DNA of 62,337 bases, filler included, from Hausera hauseri (Eukaryota): the NCBI GenBank assembly GCA_046269625.1. It is 12 parts of 12 records of this genome, joined end to end, with 100 filler letters (N's around TTAATTAATTAA, not from the genome) between each part and the next. Parts side by side here need not be neighbours in the genome. Positions count along the whole stretch, not along the records: positions 36,633 to 40,666 come from JBJURY010804754.1; positions 40,767 to 46,070 come from JBJURY010285169.1; positions 46,171 to 51,493 come from JBJURY010279840.1; 9 more parts are not named here. The stretch is one strand, 5' to 3'. The position numbers and the translations under genes were made by a program. This document shows positions 36,633 to 47,899 of this stretch, piece by piece; the first letter of the stretch is position 1; the number at the start of each line of letters is the position of its first letter. The notes beneath the pieces were generated by a model, which saw only the letters and a program-made list of their open reading frames with translations, ran no database searches and was not told the origin of the DNA.

Positions 36633-39106
36633 TGTACCGGGTGGTATAGTGTCATTCTGCCAATCTGCATGTGAACCATGGCTATAGCTGTCAGGGTTGT
36701 TCTCGTTTCCGAGAGACCTTGCATTTCTACAGCACATTCTGTGAGAGGTATTTCCCTGTTAACACTGTTAGCGGCGGTCCTAAGCTCCTCGAACAGCTTG
36801 CCTGACATAATAGTTATGTCGGCACCACCGTCCAGTAGGGCTTCATGTGTGAGGACCCCTTCAAGTGTGATTGACAGGTAAGCTTTTTGAGCGACCCCTC
36901 TTCTGATAAAATTACACAGTAACCTTTTAGGTCTTGGCCAACGTGTCTTCTTACGTTTACCATTGTCTGTGTGATTTTGGTGCGTCTGAATCGCCAACAC
37001 AGTTGTTACTGTGTCCGTGCTTTCCGTTTGCGACGGGTCACCGTCGAAGTTGTGTGAGTTCACCCCCCCTTCGTTCGATGAGGGGATGTCAGAGTCTGTA
37101 ATAACAATTTCTTGTTCACTGTCAGCGACAGTGGCAACGTTGTTATTCGTGTACTCAGAATTATTAGCAATGATATTGCTACACATCGCTCCAGGTTGGT
37201 TGTCCTTGTTTGTATTTTTGAAATTATCTACCATACGACGGAGTATCTCAGTCTCCTCTGTGCTCAGAGGTCTAGGGCCTTTTTTCAGGGGCTTTGGTGA
37301 TTTTTTCCTTGCCACGGACTGTTCAGCCCGAGGTTCAGGAGGAGTATGAGGTTGACGCGGGGGTCCCCTCTGGGACCACGCCTGGGTCGGAGGTTCCTGT
37401 TGGGACCACCCTTTCTCATATTTATCACCTTTGTGTCCAAAGTTTTTATTCTTTGGACGTACGCCCCCCTTTTGAGATTGATACTCACCGTCAGGTTTTG
37501 GTTTGAACCATTTAGGATCTCGCCTGTTCCAGTGGGTACCTACCTCTTGTGGCTTGGTAGATTGGGCAACCTGTTTTTTCTCACCTTTCCTGGGAGGGGG
37601 AGCTGAAGCTCGCGCACCTTCTAGTTCAAGTGAGTGGGAGTTAACCATTTGACCTGGGTACACCTCTAGGGGTGTTTTGGCTTGTGTGTGAGCGTCAAAG
37701 ACATTTACAGCACACTCTTTTATTTCTTTGATGGTTTTATCTTTGAAATTAGCCATAATTTGTACCGATGGTTTTATGCTTGAGTGGAGATTTTTGCTGA
37801 AAACGAACCTAAAACCTTCTTCCTCTTCCATGCCAGGTTCGTTTCTGTTTCCAAAGTAAGCTTGGAATATTCTGTCATAATATACCCTTGGGTGTTCACT
37901 TTTACCCTGCATGATTTTCTCTGCAGCCGGGTATCCACCTGGCCCTGTGCAGGGGGTGTACTCCCTTATCAGAGCATCACACAGAAGGCTGTAGTCTTTC
38001 CTCGTGGCGTCAGATTGACGTTCGATGAAGGCGTACACCTTTCTGTCTGATGTGAGCCTGATCAAACTGATTCTATCTTCCACTGTAGCATTTGGAAAGC
38101 TTCCCAGTTGGAAGTCAAGGTCTTTTAGATAGGCCTTGGTGTCATTTGAACCTAATGGCCCTGGCTCAAAACGTTGGATATATTTTGCAATTTTATGGTG
38201 TTCAGCCATGGAGAGAGAAAGTCGAGGGTTAGACGTAGGCACCTGTCCTGATTGAGGATTTGCCCCACCGGGTGGGGGTGGGGGTGGAGGTGGAGGAGTC
38301 GGGAATACTTGGTTGTGACCAAAAGTATTCAGGAGTTCCAGACGTTTCCTCCTCTCCACAGAGAATTCCTCTTTGGCTAAGGCCAGTTCTTTCTGACACA
38401 AGCTTAACAGCGCCTGTGATCCCTCATAATCTGTTTTCAAGGTCATGCACCGTTGGTGCAAACCTTCTCTGTCTCGCATGCTTTTTTCTATCTGTTCACG
38501 TGATTCCTCAAAATCACGTTGTAACTTCAAGCACAGTTGGTGAGAGCTTTCACTCTCCTGCCTGCAGTGTTCTAACTCTTTAGACAATAACTGTACCTGT
38601 TGTTGCAGTCGTTCATTGTCATCCTGAGTTTTTTGGTAAGTTTGTTCTCTCGTACGTACGTCTTCTTCATACGAAAGTGTCTGCTGCTTCACCTGTTCTC
38701 TCAATCTTTCAATCTCTGCCTGTTGATGTTCCAGATCCTCAAAATATTTAGCAGAGTCAGTTTGGCGTTCAACTGTTACCTCTTTTAGACGCGTTTCAAG
38801 ATCTTCGTTCAGGTTGGCTTCACAATAATACTTAGCTTTTAGCAAGAGTGCTAGTTTAGCTAAGTTCTCAGAGTTTGTTTTCTTACTGTCTTTAGGAGTG
38901 ACACTGACTGCCACTTCCTTAAGCTCTGCATGTAACTCTGTTGCGTCCATGAGTGCAATGTGAGTACGATATGGATATGTGGAATGTGTGAGCAGGTGTA
39001 AACCTCTCTCAATCCAGTCCTCCCCACCAGTAGCTGAATCAGGAGCAACCTCCTGGTCATCTAGGACATCGTCCTCTGGTGCGTCTGCTTTTTGTGAATC
39101 TGCCAT
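36633..39106 (-). CDS. Intact LTR-retroelement Gag-protease polyprotein, 3'-truncated
   Basis: accATGG start; long coiled coil; poly-Pro; capsid-like region (QGKSEHPRVYYDRI); basic region; ALLDGGADIT protease motif. Confidence 0.85.
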
Positions 39107-40431
39107 GGTTTTTTCCTGTCTGTACAGCAAAACCAATCAGGTAAAAAGCATTAATCTCAGTGATTTTTAACAGGTAAATTAATCTATTTAAGTGATCAGC
39201 AAGTTTTAAGCAACTCAGCTCTTCGGTATCATCCAAGTACTGTCAGATAATAGCTCTTTAATCATCGGGCACCTGTTACAGGTTTTACCTCACAATGACC
39301 AACACAAGTAAAATGCCTCCTGTGGCATAAGTACTCAATAAAAGCTCACTTCTAAACAAGCACAATGAACCAGGCCAAACTTGTTTTAAATTACTCAAGT
39401 GCACTTAAAAGAATTCATACGCTGTATTTTTCACTAAAAATAAGCATTAAACCTAAAACCAGCAGAACTCTGAAAAACACAGAGAAACTGTAACACACTT
39501 CCATTCCACTAGGAGTCAGTAACAACATCCGGCCGTTTGTTGACTTCCTGTGGTACTCCGCTCTTAGCACTAGCCACACAAGGACAAGAGCCACCCGTTG
39601 CAAGAAAGCACACGTCTAACAGCGAAAATGCATGAACAACATACCTTCAACAGACGAATCGATCGGTCTCGAACATTCATGAAGCTTAACGATGTCTTTA
39701 AACTCTAAAACAAATCAGCAGATGTGAGAACGTGATAGTCAGCATAGCATGCTAAGTTAGCCTCGTAGCCTCGTGGCTTCGTAGCTTAGCTTCGTTAGCG
39801 TAGCCTACCACCGTACCTCTTAGCTCATAAAAACGTTTAAATTATGCACTAATAAGCTGAAATTACGGCGAAACAACCGAGACAAGTAATCAGCTTAGCT
39901 GCACACAGTAAACCCAGCGTTTCACTGCGAAACCGGACTCGTTCGAACCGGGCCGCTTTCGGAACCGGGCCGAGGCCTTCAGAACCGGGTACTCACGTCT
40001 GAGTATACTTCTCAGCAAAACAAGCCATTATTCCCTGTCTTCCGTGTAAAACCTTCCACAGCTTAAATTAGCACAAAATTAAAAGTCTAGATCGTGAGAC
40101 TCGCTCACTCAGATGAAAAGAATTATCTGACCCGGCCGAAGCACGAACCGCAGCAAGAAATCCACATCAGCAGCTTCCAACGTTTTTAACATGTCAAATA
40201 CACATTTCTCAGCATGAATGTCCAAGTAATACAGTTCAGTATACTTCTGGACACCACAGACTTGAATATGCATCTTCTAAGAGCATAAAAACAGCTTTGA
40301 ATTACGTCAACATGAAGTTATAAGCTGGTCACACAGATTTGAATATCTATAAGCTCGTCAAAAAGCCGTGACGAGACCACCAAAACAAAGTTTTTAGCAG
40401 GTAAAATAGATATCAATAACTCTTCAGAAAA

Positions 40432-40468
40432 CCGTATAGGCCACCAATACAGAACGTACGGGTCACCA
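40432..40468 (-). promoter_or_regulatory. Primer-binding site(s) resembling the complement of the tRNA-Ile(AAU) 3' end; two tandem copies
   Basis: TGGTGACCCGTACG (40468-40455) and TGGTGGCCTATACGG (40446-40432); the first lies 3 nt after an ...TTACA LTR-like end. Confidence 0.65.
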
Positions 40469-40471
40469 ACA

Positions 40472-40666
40472 TGTAATAAGGTAGGACTAGCTACCAAACG
40501 TTGTGTGACAGAACTGATTTCTGTACACACCTTTAATTAAATATTCAGATTAGTTCAAACCTTGAATATTACTTAATAACACGGGTTCATTTCTTTTTCG
40601 AGTTACTTCAAACATAAATGTGACCACAGTGAAATAAACGTGACATGAGAACGTAATTAAATTTGA
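40472..40666 (-). repeat. Probable 3' part (U5) of the 5' LTR
   Basis: Ends in CA just before the PBS; the partner LTR is not in this contig. Confidence 0.5.
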
Positions 40667-40924
40667 NNNNNNNNNNNNNNNNNNNNNNNNNNNNNNNNNN
40701 NNNNNNNNNNTTAATTAATTAANNNNNNNNNNNNNNNNNNNNNNNNNNNNNNNNNNNNNNNNNNNNTGTGAATCATTATATCATTGCATTTTAAACCTTC
40801 CATGAATTATTTATTATTCCGATTACCATCGGCCAAAGACATTTTAAAAACACTAATAAATTTATTGTTGTTTGAAATACATTGTTCATAATACCTCATG
40901 TGATATTAGCGAGATAAAAAATAA

Positions 40925-41140
40925 TGTCGGATTCGTCCAATCTAGGATACTATATAATAACGGATTCACACAATTCGGGATATAAAATAATTACAAATTC
41001 ACCCAATCCAGAATATTTTATAATAACGGATTCACCCAATTCGGAATAAGTACTAATTTTTGATTCACCCAATCCAGAATAAGTACTAATTTCCGATCCA
41101 CCCAATCCGAAATACTATATACTCACGAATTCACCCATGG
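40925..41140 (+). repeat. Degenerate minisatellite, about 7 units of 31-35 bp with an ATTCACCCAAT core
   Basis: Repeated (G/A)ATTCACCCAAT(C/T)C(A/G)GAATA. Confidence 0.8.
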
Positions 41141-41254
41141 GGATAATACATAAGTACCGTTTCATCTAGTCATGAAATTCACTTTTGTTTAAACGCATCA
41201 ATTTCAAGGGGAGTATAAGATTTTGTGCCAGAACTCCCATTTATCCTTTACTGA

Positions 41255-44200
41255 ATATGTCAATCTCTGTCTTTGTCTCTTTCCTCTCTCTGTCTTTGTC
41301 TATCGCTGTCTCGGTCTCTGTCTCGGACNNNNNNNNNNNNNNNNNNNNNNNNNNNNNNNNNNNNNNNNNNNNNNNNNNNNNNNNNNNNNNNNNNNNNNNN
41401 NNNNNNNNNNNNNNNNNNNNNNNNNNNNNNNNNNNNNNNNNNNNNNNNNNNNNNNNNNNNNNNNNNNNNNNTCTCTCTATCGCTATCTCTGTCTCTGTCT
41501 CGGTCTCTCGCTCACTCTGCCTCTCTGTCTATGCATCGGTCTCTTTCTCTCTCTGTCTCTGTCTCTATCTCTGTCGCTGTCTCTGTCTCGTTCTCTCTCT
41601 CACTCTGTCTCTGTCTCTGACTTTTTTTCTCTCTGTCTCTGTTACTGCTCCTGTCACTCTCTATCGCTTTCTGTCTCTCTCTGTCTCTCTGCCTATGTCT
41701 CTCTCTCTCTCTAGTTGTCTCTGTCTGTGTCTCCCTGTCTTTCTCTCTCTTTCTGTCTTTGTCTCTATCTCTCTTTGTCTGTCTGTCTGTTTGACTGTCT
41801 CTCTGTCTCTGTCTATCTCTGTAGCTGTCTCTGTCCGGTCTCTCTCTCTCACTCTGTCTCTGTCTCTGACTCTTTTTCTCTCTGTCTCTGTTTCTTTCCC
41901 TGTCTCTCTGTGTTTCTTTTTCTCTCTTTCTGACTCCCCCTCTGTTTCTGTGTCTCTCACTCTGTCTCTCCTTGTCTCTCTCTGTCTCTCTCTATCTGTG
42001 TCTCTCTGTCTGTGTATGTGTCTCTGTCTGTCTGTCTGTTTGTATGTCTCTCTGTCACTCTGTCTTTATCTCTTTCCGACTCTCTGTCTGTCTCTGTCTC
42101 TGTCTCTGTCTTTGTCTCTCTCTCTATCTATGTCTCTCTGTCACTGTCTATCTCGCTCTCTTTCGCTCTCTTTCACTCTTTCTTTCTCGTCCTCTCCTTT
42201 CTCGCTTTCTCTCCCCCGCTTTCTTTCTTTCTCTCTCTCTTTCTTTTTGTCTCTCTCCCTTTCTTTCTCTTTCTCTCTCTTTCTCTCTCGACTTTTCTCT
42301 CTCTATCTTTCACTCTTTCTCTATTTCTGTCTCTCTCTCTCCGTCTATATATCTGTGTCTCTGTTCCTGTCTCTGTTACTCTCTGTCTCGGTCTCTGTCT
42401 CTGTCCCTGTCTCTCTCTGTCGCTTTCTGTTTCTCTCTGTATTTCTGCCTCTGTCTCTCTATCTATCTGTTTCTTTCTGTGTCTGTCTGTCTTTCTCTCT
42501 CTTTCTGTCTCTGTCTATATCTGTCTGTCTCTCTGCCTGTCTTTCTCTCCCTCTATCAGTCTCTTTCTCTGCCTGTGTTTCTGTTTTTTTGTATTTCTGT
42601 CTGTCTTTCTCTCTATCTCTTTATATCTGTCGCTGTCACTGTCTCTGTCACTCTGTCACTCTATCTCTCTNNNNNNNNNNNNNNNNNNNNNNNNNNNNNN
42701 NNNNNNNNNNNNNNNNNNNNNNNNNNNNNNNNNNNNNNNNNNNNNNNNNNNNNNNNNNNNNNNNNNNNNNNNNNNNNNNNNNNNNNNNNNNNNNNNNNNN
42801 NNNNNNNNNNNNNNNNNNNNNNNNNNNNNNNNNNNNNNNNNNNNNNNNNNNNNNNNNNNNNNNNNNNNNNNNNNNNNNNNNNNNNNNNNNNNNNNNNNNN
42901 NTGTCGCTGTCACTGTCTCTGTTTCTCTCTCACTCTATCTCTCTCTCTGTCTCTGTCCCTTTCTCTCTCTGTCTCTGTCACTGTCTCTTTTCCTGTCTCT
43001 CTCTGTCTCTCTGTCCCTGTCTTTCTCTTCCTTTATCTTTTTCTCTCTGTGTCTCTCTGTCTTTCTCTCTCTCTCTGTTTCTCTTTCTGTCTCTGTCTCT
43101 GCCTCTGTGTCTCTCTCTCTGTCTCTGTTTTCTCTGCCGCTGCCTATGTCACTATCTCTTTCTTTTTCTCTCTTTCTCTCTCTCTGTCCCTTTCTTTCTC
43201 TCTCTCTCTCTCTTTTTCTCTCTTTCTGTTTCTCTCTATCTTTCTTTGTCTCTCATTTTATCTTTCTTTGCCTATCTCTGCTTATCTCTGTCTGCCTTTG
43301 TCTCTCGGTCTCTCTCTATTTCTGTCTCTGTCTTTATGTCTCTCTCCGTCTATCTGTCTTTCTCTGTATCTGTCTCTGTCTCTGTCTGTCTCTTTCTCAC
43401 TGNNNNNNNNNNNNNNNNNNNNNNNNNNNNNNNNNNNNNNNNNNNNNNNNNNNNNNNNNNNNNNNNNNNNNNNNNNNNNNNNNNNNNNNNNNNNNNNNNN
43501 NNNNNNNNNNNNNNNNNNNNNNNNNNNNNNNNTGCCTCTGTCTCTGTCGCTGTCTCTGTCTCTGTCTCTCTCTCAGTCTTTGTCTCTGTCTCTCTCTCTG
43601 TCTCTGTCTGTCTCTCTGTCTCTCTCTGCCTCTGCCTCTGTCTCCCTGTANNNNNNNNNNNNNNNNNNNNNNNNNNNNNNNNNNNNNNNNNNNNNNNNNN
43701 NNNNNNNNNNNNNNNNNNNNNNNNNNNNNNNNNNNNNNNNNNNNNNNNNNNNNNNNNNNNNNNNNNNNNNNNNNNNNNNNNNNNNNNNNNNNNNNNNNNN
43801 NNNNNNNNNNNNNNNNNNNNNNNNNNNNNNNNNNNNNNNNNNNNNNNNNNNNNNNNNNNNNNNNNNNNNNNNNNNNNNNNNNNNNNNNNNNNNNNNNNNN
43901 NNNNNNNNNNNNNNNNNNNNNNNNNNNNNNNNNNNNNNNNNNNNNNNNNNNNNNNNNNNNNNNNNNNNNNNNNNNNNNNNNNNNNNNNNNNNNNNNNNNN
44001 NNNNNNNNNNNNNNNNNNNNNNNNNNNNNNNNNNNNNNNNNNNNNNNNNNNNNNNNNNNNNNNNNNNNNNNNNNNNNNNNNNNNNNNNNNNNNNNNNNNN
44101 NNNNNNNNNNNNNNNNNNNNNNNNNNNNNNNNNNNNNNNNNNNNNNNNNNNNNNNNNNNNNNNNNNNNNNNNNNNNNNNNNNNNNNNNNNNNNNNNNNNN

Positions 44201-46070
44201 NNNNNNNNNNNNNNNNNNNNNNNNNNNNNNNNNNNNNNNNNNNNNNNNNNNNNNNNNNNNNNNNNNNNNNNNNNNNNNNNNNNNNNNNNNNNNNNNNNNN
44301 NNNNNNNNNNNNNNNNNNNNNNNNNNNNGGCTCTGACTCTCTCTCTTTCTGTCCCTGTCTCTCTCTCACTGTCTCTCTGTCCCTCTCTGTCTCTCTCTCG
44401 CTCTGTCTCTGTCTCTCTCTCTGTCTCTCTCTATATCGCTCTTTGTCTCTCTTTCTNNNNNNNNNNNNNNNNNNNNNNNNNNNNNNNNNNNNNNNNNNNN
44501 NNNNNNNNNNNNNNNNNNNNNNNNNNNNNNNNNNNNNNNNNNNNNNNNNNNNNNNNNNNNNNNNNNNNNNNNNNNNNNNNNNNNNNNNNNNNNNNNNNNN
44601 NNNNNNNNNNNNNNNNNNNNNNNNNNNNNNNNNNNNNNNNNNNNNNNNNNNNNNNNNNNNNNNNNNNNNNNNNNNNNNNNNNNNNNNNNNNNNNNNNNNN
44701 NNNNNNNNNNNNNNNNNNNNNNNNNNNNNNNNNNNNNNNNNNNNNNNNNNNNNNNNNNNNNNNNNNNNNNNNNNNNNNNNNNNNNNNNCTGTCTCTCTCN
44801 NNNNNNNNNNNNNNNNNNNNNNNNNNNNNNNNNNNNNNNNNNNNNNNNNNNNNNNNNNNNNNNNNNNNNNNNNNNNNNNNNNNNNNNNNNNNNNNNNNNN
44901 NNNNNNNNNNNNNNNNNNNNNNNNNNNNNNNNNNNNNNNNNNNNNNNNNNNNNNNNNNNNNNNNNNNNNNNNNNNNNNNNNNNNNNNNNNNNNNNNNNNN
45001 NNNNNNNNNNNNNNNNNNNNNNNNNNNNNNNNNNNNNNNNNNNNNNNNNNNNNNNNNNNNNNNNNNNNNNNNNNNNNNNNNNNNNNNNNNNNNNNNNNNN
45101 NNNNNNNNNNNNNNNNNNNNNNNNNNNNNNNNNNNNNNNNNNNNNNNNNNNNNNNNNNNNNNNNNNNNNNNNNNNNNNNNNNNNNNNNNNNNNNNNNNNN
45201 NNNNNNNNNNNNNNNNNNNNNNNNNNNNNNNNNNNNNNCTGTGGCTCTCTCTCTCTCTATCTGTTTCTGTTTCTGTGCCTGTACCTGTACGTGTCTCTGT
45301 CTCTGTCTCTGTCTGTCTCTGTCTTTATCTCTCTGTCTCTGTCACTCTCTCTGTCTCTCTCTATCTCTCTGTCTCTGTCAGTCTGTCTCTCTCTCTATCT
45401 CACTCTGTCTCTGTCTGTCTGTCTCTATCTGTCTCTCTCTGTCTCTCTCTGGGTTTTTCTCTGTCCTGNNNNNNNNNNNNNNNNNNNNNNNNNNNNNNNN
45501 NNNNNNNNNNNNNNNNNNNNNNNNNNNNNNNNNNNNNNNNNNNNNNNNNNNNNNNNNNNNNNNNNNNNNNNNNNNNNNNNNNNNNNNNNNNNNNNNNNNN
45601 NNTGTTGCTGTCTCCGTCTCTCTCTCTCTCTGTCCCTGTGTCTCTCTCTGTCTCTCTCGGTCTCTCTTTCCATCTCTGTCTCTGTCTTTGTCTCCCTCTG
45701 TCTCTGTATCTGTCTCTGTCTCTGTCTCTGTCTCTCTGTCTCTCTGTCTCTCTCTCTCGCTGTCCCTCTCTCTCTATCTCTCGCTCTGTCTCTCTCTGTC
45801 TCTGTCTCCGTCTCTGTCTCTCTCTCTCGCTGTCTCTGTGTCTCTCTCTCTCTGTCGCTCTCGGTCTCTTTTTCCGTCTCTGTCTCTGTCTTTGTCTCCC
45901 TCTGTCTCTGTATTTGTCTCTGTCTCTGTCTCTCTGTCTCTCTCTCTCGCTGTCCCTCCCTCTCTATCTCTCGCTCTGTCTCTCTCTCTGTCTCTGTCTC
46001 CGTCTCTGTCTCTCTCTCTGTCTCTGTGTCTATCTCTCTCTCTTTCTCTGTCTCTCTCTTCCTCCCTCTC
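41255..46070 (+). repeat. Large CT/CTGT-rich compound microsatellite with scaffold gaps
   Basis: Direct inspection of the sequence. Confidence 0.97.
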
Positions 46071-46170
46071 NNNNNNNNNNNNNNNNNNNNNNNNNNNNNN
46101 NNNNNNNNNNNNNNTTAATTAATTAANNNNNNNNNNNNNNNNNNNNNNNNNNNNNNNNNNNNNNNNNNNN

Positions 46171-47850
46171 AAACCTTTCATCTTAGCAACAGACACCAGC
46201 GATTGCGAAGTTGGCGCGGTACCATCACAAAAAAGCGAAGATGGAAAAGAACACCCAGTAGCTTGCGCATCGCGAAAATTAAACATACATCAAAAGAAAT
46301 ACGCAGTCATCTAAAAGGAATTATTGGTCGTAATATTCGCCTTGGAAGTATTTTCTTCATATATTAGTGAGAACAAGCCTTTGTTAATATATACTGATTA
46401 TAGACCCTTGCAGTGGTTAAAGCAACACGAAAATCCAAATAGCCGCTTGTTACGATGGGCTCTCAGACTGCAACCTTATACGATAAATTTTCAATATAAA
46501 CCCGGAACACGAAATGCAAATGCAGACTACTTATCGAGAATGAAGGGATCAACAAAAGAAAGGAAAGAAGTAGTTGAAGCTGTGTGGAACATGGACAGGT
46601 CTGCAGAAAAATACAGGAGAGTCAACAAGATGTTGAAATAAAATCCATTAGAAGTTATATACAGAGTAAAATCATACCACAGGACAAGGAATTAGTCCGT
46701 CACTTGGCCCGATTTGGTGATGCTTACGAAGAAAAAGAAGGATTTTTATACTACGTACACCAGGAGAGACCAGCACTGGTAATATCTAAGAAGAACAGAA
46801 AAGTTCTATTGACTCAACATCACGACGGACGTCTCGGCGGACACCAATCAGGTCGAAAAACCATAAATAAATTAAAAAGGAAATAATTCTGGCCGACAAG
46901 AACGAAAGACGTTCAAGAATGGTGCGATAGTTTCAAACTGTGTGCTACACGCAAAAACACCGGATCAAAGTTTAAAACTCTCCTCAAAGTGTAGGAAAAT
47001 CCCCCAGCTCCATTTGAATTCACCGCTATGGACATAACAGAACCATTACCATTACCAAGAAATGGGCACAAATACATTCTAGTCTTCATAGACTACTTTA
47101 CACGATGGGTCGTAGCATTACCATGTTGGATATGAGAGCGGACACAATTGCCAAAAAATTCGTAGAAAATATAATATTTAATTACGGAGCTCCAAGGATC
47201 CTACTCACAAACCAAGCCTCGAATTTAACGGGAAATATAATGCAAGCTATCTACGATATAATGCGAATATTAAAACTGCAATCAACTCCAGGATACCCAG
47301 AAAATAATGGCATGGTCGAAAGGTATATCGGAGACTTGAAATGCAAACTACAAACTGTTGTTAATACTAGACAAGACGACTGGGATGAATACATCAACGC
47401 TTGTGTATTCATAAATCGAACATCAGTGCAGGAACCTACAAAGGAAACACCGTTTTACTTAATGTTTTTGAAAGATGCCAGGTTACCCATCGATCTTGAC
47501 TTCAACATAAGGCCTACCTCTCATCTAATGGAAGTAGAAGAATACAAACAACTAATGCAAGAACGCTTACAGTCAGTATATAATATAGTGAAGGATAATC
47601 AGAAAGAGTATAAATTGATCTACAAGAAACACCACGATGAATAAACTAAACAACCAAAATTAAGGTTGTAGACAAAATGATGCTGTACACACCATTAAAT
47701 AAGAAAGGCAAGAGATCCAAATTGGATAGACCTTATAAAGGACCACACTAAGTAGATAAAGGGAATCTACCTAATATATTTTTAAAGAAAAACAACGCTA
47801 GAATCAAAGCACATGTCAACAGATGTAAACCTGTGCATAAGGAGAGCTAA
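46171..47850 (+). pseudogene. Ty3/Gypsy pol: RNase H and integrase, decayed
   Basis: PFILATDTS..ASRKL..KELL..YTDYRPLQWL; HHDGRLGGH; AMDITEPLP; PGYPENNGMVER; RPYKGPH; HVNRCKP. Confidence 0.92.
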
Positions 47851-47899
47851 TTAAGGAACGATGAACAGGAATTTGTAAGATCCATCGACCATAGAAAAA

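Noticed and set aside
40925-41140. Possible CRISPR array
   Set aside because: Units are degenerate, the intervening sequences resemble each other, no cas genes are present, and the context is eukaryotic.
41185-46126. Very long ORFs (1645, 1384, 774 aa)
   Set aside because: Translations of CT microsatellite and N gaps.
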